The notes below the pieces were generated by a model. The model worked only from the letters and a program-made list of their open reading frames with translations. It was not told where the DNA came from and searched no databases. The translations under genes and the position numbers were made by a program. Positions 27,294-35,247 of a stretch of DNA of 60,939 nucleotides are shown piece after piece; position 1 is the first letter of the stretch; each line of letters starts with the position of its first letter. Origin of the DNA: a virus (Duplodnaviria > Caudoviricetes); IMG/VR virus record IMGVR_UViG_3300027980_000037, positions 1 through 60,939 of that record. One strand, written 5' to 3'.

Positions 27294-27316
27294 AGCACTT
27301 CCTTATTGTTCCCTTC

Positions 27317-28468
27317 TCAGGGTATTGCTGGTTGTGCCACGCCGGATGCGCTAGGTTTAGCAACACCGATTTGGCTCTGTTCCTGTATCCACCGTTGTTT
27401 TTCGGGAGTGTCTTCCAGCCCGAATAAAGAATCCGCAGCTTTTGAAAGACGCGCACCTAGTGCGTTCTTTTCTTTGTCTGCAAGGCGCTGTCTTCCAGCG
27501 TCGAGATTTTTTTGCCTGTAGTCTCGCATCGGCTGAAGCACGTTATCCATTAACGCGCCGCCAATCATTCCAATAGGCGAGTTTCCAATAGTTCTGCCTT
27601 CTTCTGCTGGCATTACTTCCTGTGCTGCAGATTGTGAAGGGTCGATACCTGGTTCTGAAACATTCGGCTGTTTTGTGGTCGACAGAACCGGTGCTGGTTC
27701 TTCACCAGCATCAGTCATATATGGCTTGCCGGTTTCCTGCTCCTGATCGAGAATGGTTTTCCATTCTTTACCGGAAGCCAGATGTTCTTCTTTGGTTTCC
27801 TGACCGCCACCTTTCTTACCGCCACCTTTCTTACCACCCATTTGTGGCGGCGGTGTCAGCCCGGTCAAAATGCCAGCTTCAGCAACCATAGCGTTCAAGA
27901 ACTTCGGCTCACCGAATGAATATGGTTGCAGGATTGTGGCAGCACCTTCGGCTGTGTTGTCGTATCCAGACCAGCCTTCACGAACACCACGACGATACAG
28001 AGCCAACGCGATTCGAGAGTAATCTGATTTGAATGATGCTGTCTGTTGCGGCGTAGGCTCTAGCAGCTCGTCGTATTTACTACGAACATCGGCAAGCATC
28101 TTGTTTGTGGCTTGTTCGGCCCTAAACATGATGTCGTTGTCTTCTTTCGAGTCACTGCGAGCCAACCTCTTGTCTTCGATTGCAAGCTGCTTATCCAGCC
28201 GGCGGTCTGCCTCCGCCTGTTCTTTTGCGAACCGGCGTTCCCACTCTGCGTTTTTACGGTCTTCAGCCGCAAGCAACGCATCAGCATCAAGAGTAGCCTT
28301 GAGCCGCATACGGTTTTCAGCGCGGGTGTTTTCCAGATCAGCCTGACGCTCACGCCACTGGCGATCCCTCTCGCTTTCATCGCTACGCATTGATTGCGCA
28401 ACCATTTTGCTGCCGCCATCAGCCAGCGCGCCTAACGCATCAGACCACCTGTTCGGATCTCTAGCCAC
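27317..28468 (-). CDS. Putative internal virion/ejection protein
   Basis: Position before giant gene; charged helical N-half. Confidence 0.6.
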   Translation of the reverse strand: MARDPNRWSDALGALADGGSKMVAQSMRSDESERDRQWRERQADLENTRAENRMRLKATLDADALLAAEDRKNAEWERRFAKEQAEADRRLDKQLAIEDKRLARSDSKEDNDIMFRAEQATNKMLADVRSKYDELLEPTPQQTASFKSDYSRIALALYRRGVREGWSGYDNTAEGAATILQPYSFGEPKFLNAMVAEAGILTGLTPPPQMGGKKGGGKKGGGQETKEEHLASGKEWKTILDQEQETGKPYMTDAGEEPAPVLSTTKQPNVSEPGIDPSQSAAQEVMPAEEGRTIGNSPIGMIGGALMDNVLQPMRDYRQKNLDAGRQRLADKEKNALGARLSKAADSLFGLEDTPEKQRWIQEQSQIGVAKPSASGVAQPAIP

Positions 28469-29147
28469 TTTTCACCGCCTGTTCAATCGCTGCTTGCATA
28501 TTAGCAGGGCGCTGTTTTTTTTCTAGTTTTGAAGTTGTGTTCAGATTCGGGTTCATACCAATACCCTGCATTGATTTCTCGAAGCCATCTGGAACTTGAC
28601 CAGCCTGAGCCTCGTTGCTGATGTGAACAGCCGCCATATCTTCGGCTTCCATCATGTGCTGCTCACCGTCCTGACCGTTGAGCATATCTTCGCCCATCAT
28701 CTTGCGGGATTCGGTAAACGCTAACTTCAGCTGCTCTTGATATTCCTCGCTGTCTTTTTCAAACGGCAAGATGCCGGCATCAGCAGCCATATCCATCAGG
28801 ATTTCTGTCTGTTCAGCACCGGCATGGAAGATTTCATCACCCTCGATGTTTGCACCGGCTTGTGCGGCGCTATTGATGATCTGCTCACCAATGTTGTACT
28901 GAGCTTTGGCGATATTCACATACACAGGATTGTCAGGGTTATTCAAATACTGAAGCACCTGATCTGCACCAGAGCCTTCAACGTATTTGGCAAACTGATA
29001 CACCAGCTGGTTGTAAACTTCCTGCTGCTCAGGTGTTACTTCGCCTTCCGCAACTGGCTGTTCGCCAGGGGCTAAACCTGTCGGGCGAAGATCATCCGGC
29101 GACTTGCCGGATGGCGCTGGCAATAGTTCTTGTGGCTGATTATCCAA
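28461..29147 (-). CDS. Hypothetical virion-associated protein
   Basis: 228-aa acidic ORF in structural operon. Confidence 0.6.
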   Translation of the reverse strand: MDNQPQELLPAPSGKSPDDLRPTGLAPGEQPVAEGEVTPEQQEVYNQLVYQFAKYVEGSGADQVLQYLNNPDNPVYVNIAKAQYNIGEQIINSAAQAGANIEGDEIFHAGAEQTEILMDMAADAGILPFEKDSEEYQEQLKLAFTESRKMMGEDMLNGQDGEQHMMEAEDMAAVHISNEAQAGQVPDGFEKSMQGIGMNPNLNTTSKLEKKQRPANMQAAIEQAVKSG

Positions 29148-29985
29148 ACTTATTCACCTCTGGTTTCGCCATCTTCTGAACACCATTGTCGACCATAGTC
29201 GGTGGCAGTGCTGGCATAGGGTCGCCACCATAAGGACTACCGCCTTCGTGACTAACCTTCGAGTGATCCGTGAAACCTTCGACCGGCCCTTTCTTGTTCG
29301 CGCCATAAAACGTACCGCGTGAATAAGGGTCTGGCGACTTCGCCATCATGGAGCTGGCAACCTGAAGGCCCGTTGAAGCGGCAATCCATTTGCTTGTGGT
29401 GTCGAGATTGCCCCAGCTGCCGGCTACTTTCTGACCGGCGCTTTTAACAGCTTCCATAACACCCTTGCTGCCAACTTCTTTAACAACCTGATTGGTGGTT
29501 GCTTTGACAACTTCCTGACCGGCGTTCTTCGCCAGCTGACCACCAACTTGTTTACCAAGCTCACCACCAACACCAACAGTGCCTTGTGCTGAAGATGTTG
29601 CACCAACTTCAAGCGCCTTTTCTGCACCGGTTGCGGCCACCTGAGCGCCAGCACTAGCAGCTGCTTGTGTTCCTGCGAGCGCGGTATCTGTAATACCCTT
29701 GCCGGCGACACCAAGATTCTGAGCGAAGCTGCTGAATATGCCGGCATTACCGCTGGCGGTAGCACCGAAACCCGGCATTGATGCCAGCACACCGTTTGCA
29801 GCAGGGAAATAACTGAGCGCCACCCCGAAGGTAAAGTAAGCCGCCACCACCATGATCGCGATTTTCGCGATGGCAGGAATGTTGTTGATTACGCGCTTAA
29901 AGACATCACCAACCTTCTTTACAGCCCGCTTAACAGTGCCGACTACCTTCTTTCCTGCGCGCTTGACAAAATTACCGATTCCCAT
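29140..29985 (-). CDS. Putative DNA ejection/pilot protein
   Basis: Basic N-terminus, TM segment, G/A-rich. Confidence 0.6.
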   Translation of the reverse strand: MGIGNFVKRAGKKVVGTVKRAVKKVGDVFKRVINNIPAIAKIAIMVVAAYFTFGVALSYFPAANGVLASMPGFGATASGNAGIFSSFAQNLGVAGKGITDTALAGTQAAASAGAQVAATGAEKALEVGATSSAQGTVGVGGELGKQVGGQLAKNAGQEVVKATTNQVVKEVGSKGVMEAVKSAGQKVAGSWGNLDTTSKWIAASTGLQVASSMMAKSPDPYSRGTFYGANKKGPVEGFTDHSKVSHEGGSPYGGDPMPALPPTMVDNGVQKMAKPEVNKFG

Positions 29986-30445
29986 ATTTCTTACCCTGTT
30001 TTGGTCTTACCATCGTGAAAGCCGTAGCACATTCCTGTAGACCGGCTTCCTCAAACACCTGATCGTGCATTCCGTAAGCATAGGCGTGTGCAGTGCCTAT
30101 GGTTACTTCCGACACTGACGGAAGCGACCACGCCCAATCCAAAAAGCCCGCTGTCAACAAAGCCTGTGCTTTGGTGTTATCGGCAGTGAGAATAATTGTG
30201 GTCGCGTTCTTTTTGGCGGCGTTGTACCACAGAGGGTTTGCAGACCCTACAACAATACCTTCAATTTTGTGTTTGCCTTGAACAACCAAACAGCAAGCCA
30301 GTTTGTTAGCGATAGCATATTTTATGGTCGCCACCATATCCGCTTTCTTTGCTGGTATATCTTTGTATGGGCTAACACCTTTGGCGTTAGCCAGCATTTC
30401 AAAAAGCTGCCAGATGTCGGTTTCTTTTGCTTTTCTTAGAATCAT
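29972..30445 (-). CDS. GNAT-like acetyltransferase-fold protein
   Basis: LRKA...D...L start, F.DWA, FE.AG; typical podovirus location. Confidence 0.55.
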   Translation of the reverse strand: MILRKAKETDIWQLFEMLANAKGVSPYKDIPAKKADMVATIKYAIANKLACCLVVQGKHKIEGIVVGSANPLWYNAAKKNATTIILTADNTKAQALLTAGFLDWAWSLPSVSEVTIGTAHAYAYGMHDQVFEEAGLQECATAFTMVRPKQGKKYGNR

Positions 30446-31509
30446 TATCCACCACCACCCATCGGTGTTCCTTCGTACCCATATCCGCTCGGCGCTGATG
30501 CGCGCCCGGGCCACCACGTATCATCCCACAACGGCGAGTTTTCGTATTGGTGAGCCAGAAGATCAAGGTCAGCCCGATACCTGTCGGCTGCAATCTTGAT
30601 TGCTGCTTCTTCCTGCTGGGCATTCAGACCATCTGCGCTGTAGATCGCCCGCACTTCCTCGGAATATGAATTCTGGCGCTGTGATACAGATGCAAGGTAT
30701 TGCTGACCGTATGCGATAGAACCGTTCTCACGCATTGTGTCTAGCGTCTTCAAGTGGTCTGCTGTCGCAAGCGATGCAGCCTGACCAGCAAGTGTCATGT
30801 TCTGAGCGCCGCGTGATGCAGCCATCATCATTGCGCGACCAATAGACTGCTCATAGTACGGAGCCATGTCGCTTTGTCGTACAGACTGCGGCAGCATTTG
30901 CATGGCGGTTTGTACTTCGTAAGCAACAGGCTTTGGAACTGGTGTCAGCAGATCTTGAATTGATGATTCGCTACCATCGAAACCCTCGAAACCTGGCACA
31001 TTAGCCATATTGTCGATCAACTCGGTCATGGCTTGGTCGTAAGCTGGATTACCTTCCGCCCATTCTTCGCCGGCTGATGGCTCTGGCAGCGGCTGCGGGG
31101 TCACTGTGGCTTGTTCCGTTTGTGGGGTTGTTACTGTAGGAAGAACCGGTGCTGGCTGTGTAGGGTTATCGCCGCCGTAGTTTCCAACATCGCCAATACC
31201 TTCTAGGGTGGCTTTTTGGTTTTCCTCAGACTCTTTGGCTGATTTCTGCCACGGCAATTCAATACCGTTATTCTCGAAGAAGTTACCTGTAGTGGAACCC
31301 AGCCCGGATGATTGTGTAGAGACAGAAAGAACAGGCTTTGCTTCGGTACTGGTTTCGCCGGTAAGTTCCGGTTGTTTGTTCTCAGCATGGCGAGCTACAA
31401 CAGCATCTGCCGGCGAATTACCGCCACCAGAAGACGGTTGATTCAGGCCGGCTTTTTCGGCGGTCTTTTCAATCAATGGTTTAGCTTTGGAGATTCCTGC
31501 TGATAGCAT
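30445..31509 (-). CDS. Putative internal virion protein
   Basis: 354-aa ORF; A/Q-rich helical C-half. Confidence 0.55.
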   Translation of the reverse strand: MLSAGISKAKPLIEKTAEKAGLNQPSSGGGNSPADAVVARHAENKQPELTGETSTEAKPVLSVSTQSSGLGSTTGNFFENNGIELPWQKSAKESEENQKATLEGIGDVGNYGGDNPTQPAPVLPTVTTPQTEQATVTPQPLPEPSAGEEWAEGNPAYDQAMTELIDNMANVPGFEGFDGSESSIQDLLTPVPKPVAYEVQTAMQMLPQSVRQSDMAPYYEQSIGRAMMMAASRGAQNMTLAGQAASLATADHLKTLDTMRENGSIAYGQQYLASVSQRQNSYSEEVRAIYSADGLNAQQEEAAIKIAADRYRADLDLLAHQYENSPLWDDTWWPGRASAPSGYGYEGTPMGGGG

Positions 31510-31675
31510 TGCATAACCCTCTGTTCATGCTGGATATAATACCGCGATTCCCATTTTTTAACAGCTTTAGCAAGCTCAGGGCTTCGATACCATTTTTTCA
31601 GCGCATCTTGTAATAGTCGGTGGTGAGACTGCGGAAGGGTGCGGCGCTGAAACTCGCTGTCTGCCTGTCTCACAG

Positions 31676-31978
31676 CTACTCGACCTTAAAGCAGCTTTGT
31701 TCTTCATCCCGCTGCCATAGCCGGATGCACTCGAAGCGTCTGTTACAGGATAGCTGCTGGCTGTGCTTCTCTGCTATGACCGGCGGTAGGTCTTCCCAAG
31801 TTGCGCCTTTATCCGGCATAGCCGTAATCGGACATGGTTGCAGAAGTATGGCGGGTATCTGAACCCGTTGTACGTCCGTAACTTCGACGATCTGCGGCTC
31901 ACTCGGTCGGCTGCGCCATGTGCATCCCGTTAATGACGATATCAGGAATACGCTCAGAAGCGCACCACCAATCATCAT
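31676..31978 (-). CDS. o-spanin (Rz1-like lipoprotein)
   Basis: Lipobox LTGC, Pro-rich P..LL.PC, overlaps i-spanin. Confidence 0.75.
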   Translation of the reverse strand: MMIGGALLSVFLISSLTGCTWRSRPSEPQIVEVTDVQRVQIPAILLQPCPITAMPDKGATWEDLPPVIAEKHSQQLSCNRRFECIRLWQRDEEQSCFKVE

Positions 31979-32279
31979 CCGACATAAGGTTGTTTGCACC
32001 TTCACTATTCTCTCTCATTTGTTGTGCGGCTTTTTGCGCACTGTTCAACCATTGCAGCATTACTTCTGCCATAACACTGCTTCGTTCTTGTTCCCGCTCA
32101 AACGCTGCAAGAATTTGATCTCGGTCATTGGTGATAACACCTAATGTAGCCGTAGCATTAACCAGCGCCTGATCTGCTACCGCCAGCTCGCCTGACAGGT
32201 TTTCGATCTTGCCGTTCTGATACCAAAGAGCTACACCAGCAGCTAAAAGAATCCCGGCTATTACTGCGTAGATATTCAC
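31899..32279 (-). CDS. i-spanin (Rz-like)
   Basis: N-terminal TM plus coiled coil; W.....IPD. Confidence 0.75.
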   Translation of the reverse strand: MNIYAVIAGILLAAGVALWYQNGKIENLSGELAVADQALVNATATLGVITNDRDQILAAFEREQERSSVMAEVMLQWLNSAQKAAQQMRENSEGANNLMSDDDWWCASERIPDIVINGMHMAQPTE

Positions 32280-32494
32280 TTAACACCCCGCGTATGTTCA
32301 TAAGCTGCAGCACCGATATAAACGATGATGTTGCCGGTACTAAAAACTGCTACCGCCGGCATACCAACAGCGTATGACGCATCACTTATCCAGATCGGCC
32401 CTAACAATGCGTAGCCAATCATAAACACCAGTGATGTGTACGCAAACCGTCTGCGATTTTTCCAAAGGTCTTTAGGTTGGTCAGTTGCAGACAT
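32276..32494 (-). CDS. Putative holin
   Basis: 72 aa, two TM segments, W.NRRR; between endolysin and spanins. Confidence 0.6.
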   Translation of the reverse strand: MSATDQPKDLWKNRRRFAYTSLVFMIGYALLGPIWISDASYAVGMPAVAVFSTGNIIVYIGAAAYEHTRGVK

Positions 32495-32894
32495 ACTTCT
32501 TGCCCTCTGTTCGGTGTTTGTTACCGGTCAGGCGCTGGTATCGACGGTATTCACCCTCGATGCCCTTGAATTGATTGCCGCACAGATAGTCGTGAATCTC
32601 TGACTTGCTGTACTCGCTTGGCTTATTGTCTTTGTGCTTCTTGTGTTCTGCCAAAGCCCACGGAATGTTACGCAACACAAGATCATGCTCAACGGCTCTT
32701 GCTGACTGCTGTAGCGGCTCGATCTGCTTTAACACTTCCTGCTTGGTGGCGTAGTCGCCGTTATGAACCTCGGCAACAGTAGCCGGCTCAATAGTGTCTG
32801 GCACTTCGATCTTGTCAACGATCAGCCAGATCGCCGCAACAGCTGCAGCTATACCGCCCCAATCCTTTACTCGTTGTTTGGTTTGTTCAATCAC
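32481..32894 (-). CDS. Membrane-anchored lysis-module protein
   Basis: N-terminal TM. Confidence 0.55.
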   Translation of the reverse strand: MIEQTKQRVKDWGGIAAAVAAIWLIVDKIEVPDTIEPATVAEVHNGDYATKQEVLKQIEPLQQSARAVEHDLVLRNIPWALAEHKKHKDNKPSEYSKSEIHDYLCGNQFKGIEGEYRRYQRLTGNKHRTEGKKYVCN

Positions 32895-33364
32895 GATACA
32901 AGCTCGTAGTTGTGGATGAATTCAGATTCAGTGCCTTTGCCAAGAGGCGTGTTGTAATACTGCTTCCAGTACGCAGCCATACCTGTCACATCGTCTGCAT
33001 TCGGTATAGAAGCCGGTTGCCGGTAATAATGAACCCTGCACATAGCAGCCGCGTAGTAAAGGTTGCCGTGCATCAGATCTGCTTTCGGATTGCCGACAGT
33101 GCCGGCAATGTTCATCAGCGCACTTGCTGTGTCTGATTTGTATTTCAAGTAGTGTTCCCAAATATCGTCGTGGGTGGCTGGCTCCATCTGAAAAAAGCCT
33201 ACAGCTGGGCCATTGCCAAGCTGGTGCAGATACTCCAAACGGCTTTCCTGTGCGGCAGTACCCATCATCAGGTTTTCAGCTGCCGGTGAATAACGAATGT
33301 GAGGCGACAGCATTTTCAGCGCCGGCCTGACAACGTGCTTTCTGAACTGTTCTGAGTTAATCAA
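32891..33364 (-). CDS. Endolysin (lysozyme/transglycosylase-like)
   Basis: GTAAQES...G..QMEP.TH...YWK.YYNT..G.GT. Confidence 0.8.
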   Translation of the reverse strand: MINSEQFRKHVVRPALKMLSPHIRYSPAAENLMMGTAAQESRLEYLHQLGNGPAVGFFQMEPATHDDIWEHYLKYKSDTASALMNIAGTVGNPKADLMHGNLYYAAAMCRVHYYRQPASIPNADDVTGMAAYWKQYYNTPLGKGTESEFIHNYELVS

Positions 33365-33957
33365 TGTTCACCCTGCTTGAATATGAACTCGCGGATATTG
33401 ATGTGCAGTCTTTCGTTTTCACGAATCAGATCGTCGCGGTCGTTTTGTCGGATCTTTTCAATTTGTTCCTGCTGTTGAAGAAGCAATGTCCATAATTTTT
33501 GATCTACAGCATTTCTTGTACCCGCTTCATCATCAATAGAATCTTCAAGGTCTTTTTCGGTTTCGTTGACAATGGCAATAACCGCTACGGTATCTTCTTT
33601 CCGGTCGGTTCGCTCGGCAACTGCCATTTCCGCAACAGGCTTCACTACAAGCTGCGTGTAGGCAGCAAAGCCGCCGATCATAATGACGATAAACGTCAGA
33701 AAAACACCAGTCCACCCAATCAAAGTAGAGTTGTTAATGCCCTTGCTGCTGCTAACTGATTCACTTAGCCGGGTCTGTCCTTTCTGCACTTCGGATATGG
33801 CAGAAGTCATGCGGTCAATCGCACGTTCAGTCGTTCCGGCAAAGGCTTGAAACTCGGTGACTACCTTTGTGAGTTTGTTGCTTAACTCATTGGTAGTCGA
33901 GTACAGTTCCTCGATATGCTCGCCGTGCTTCTTACCGTTTATTTCAGGCTCAGACAT
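33361..33957 (-). CDS. Coiled-coil single-TM protein
   Basis: Central TM; upstream of endolysin. Confidence 0.6.
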   Translation of the reverse strand: MSEPEINGKKHGEHIEELYSTTNELSNKLTKVVTEFQAFAGTTERAIDRMTSAISEVQKGQTRLSESVSSSKGINNSTLIGWTGVFLTFIVIMIGGFAAYTQLVVKPVAEMAVAERTDRKEDTVAVIAIVNETEKDLEDSIDDEAGTRNAVDQKLWTLLLQQQEQIEKIRQNDRDDLIRENERLHINIREFIFKQGEH

Positions 33958-33971
33958 TTGATTTCCTTTGT

Positions 33972-34394
33972 TTATGCCAAAGTGTAAAGAGCCAAACCGT
34001 AATCGAGCATTTTGTTTGGTCTGTAGTTATTACTGGACGCTAGAACGATAGTGATCTTGTCTGAGCCTGATAACGAAAGGTCTTTGATGTAAATTTCCTC
34101 AAAACTTCCGGTAAAAAAATGAGCAGTACCGTCCTCAGAATCTAACGATGCCGAAAAAGAAAATAAATTAAGCTCTGGACTTATAGCAAAAAACGGGCCT
34201 TGACCGGCAGTTGCCCTTCCCATAACCCTCACAGAACCAGAAGCGCCCTCGCTAGGTTCATGCAGAAAGTAAAGCCAATGGTTAGCTCTGTCAGCGTGTT
34301 CCTGCTCAAGACGAACAGCGTAATCTGCCGGAGTATCATCAATCTGGTCGAACAACACAGAAACAAACGGCTTGTTTAATCTTTCATCCATCAT
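33972..34394 (-). CDS. Hypothetical beta-rich virion protein (paralog of 34394-34795)
   Basis: Shared GT.F.F.G and SNNY motifs. Confidence 0.6.
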   Translation of the reverse strand: MMDERLNKPFVSVLFDQIDDTPADYAVRLEQEHADRANHWLYFLHEPSEGASGSVRVMGRATAGQGPFFAISPELNLFSFSASLDSEDGTAHFFTGSFEEIYIKDLSLSGSDKITIVLASSNNYRPNKMLDYGLALYTLA

Positions 34395-34795
34395 TAAGTC
34401 GGGTCTAAACTTCTGGTGATGTGCTGTGCCAGGTAGTTGTTTGATTCAATCAGAACAGACAGGCTTGGCGTTCCTTCTGCTATAGCCATGTTTAACTCTA
34501 AATCTATCCTTACAGCAGCCAAAGCACCGAAAAACTGAAACACTGTTCCTTCGTCGTAGTGTGTGGCAGACAGATCGAGCAGCTTTAGTTCTTCATCTGG
34601 AAGAACCCAGCCGCTTACCTCAAGCATCGGGCGTATGCGAAGCCGAATCTGACCGGCAGTAAAACTCCTGCTGCTCGGCATGATGTAGATGTTATGCCGG
34701 GTCTTCATAATGTGATCGGCTGATAACTCTTTAGTGATAGGAAAGTCTGCATTCACAGCGCCATCACAAACAAAGGTTTTAGCCCATGTGGTCAT
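34394..34795 (-). CDS. Hypothetical beta-rich virion protein
   Basis: Coupled ORF. Confidence 0.6.
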   Translation of the reverse strand: MTTWAKTFVCDGAVNADFPITKELSADHIMKTRHNIYIMPSSRSFTAGQIRLRIRPMLEVSGWVLPDEELKLLDLSATHYDEGTVFQFFGALAAVRIDLELNMAIAEGTPSLSVLIESNNYLAQHITRSLDPT

Positions 34796-35247
34796 TAGGC
34801 TATCGTGACCTCAACCAGAACCTGACCGGACATACCGGAAGCACCGCCAGCGCCATCTGTTATCACTTCGATAGGTGCTAGTGCCGCTACGGTGTTGGCC
34901 GCAGACGCTACCGCGCTGTTTACCGTGCCGGCAACATCTGTTGCTCCTACTTCACAGGCAGAATCAAGCGTCACTGCAACACCAGCTAACTCAAGGGTGA
35001 TTGCTGTTGCTGCTGTGTTATTCAGTAGATCATTGACAACGTGAACGCCGGTTATTTCGCCAGCAATCGGGGCAACAACCCATTGGCTTTTTGCTGTGTT
35101 TAGGTCTTCAAAGTGGCAAGGAATGTAATACTTTGCCAATTTGTCTAAACCAGCTTCTATGCCGGCAAACTGTGTCCGTATTTTCTGCGAAGCACCAGCA
35201 GAACCTGATGCCGGCTCGCCGCTGTCCGTAAATAAGTTGCTAGCCAT
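34795..35247 (-). CDS. Putative tail appendage protein
   Basis: IR.QF..IE.G.DKL attachment-like N-terminus; A/V/T-rich. Confidence 0.6.
   Translation of the reverse strand: MASNLFTDSGEPASGSAGASQKIRTQFAGIEAGLDKLAKYYIPCHFEDLNTAKSQWVVAPIAGEITGVHVVNDLLNNTAATAITLELAGVAVTLDSACEVGATDVAGTVNSAVASAANTVAALAPIEVITDGAGGASGMSGQVLVEVTIA

Noticed and set aside
24845-27840. Short tandem repeats (PKAK, QPAN, GGKK coding)
   Set aside because: In-frame low-complexity protein linkers.
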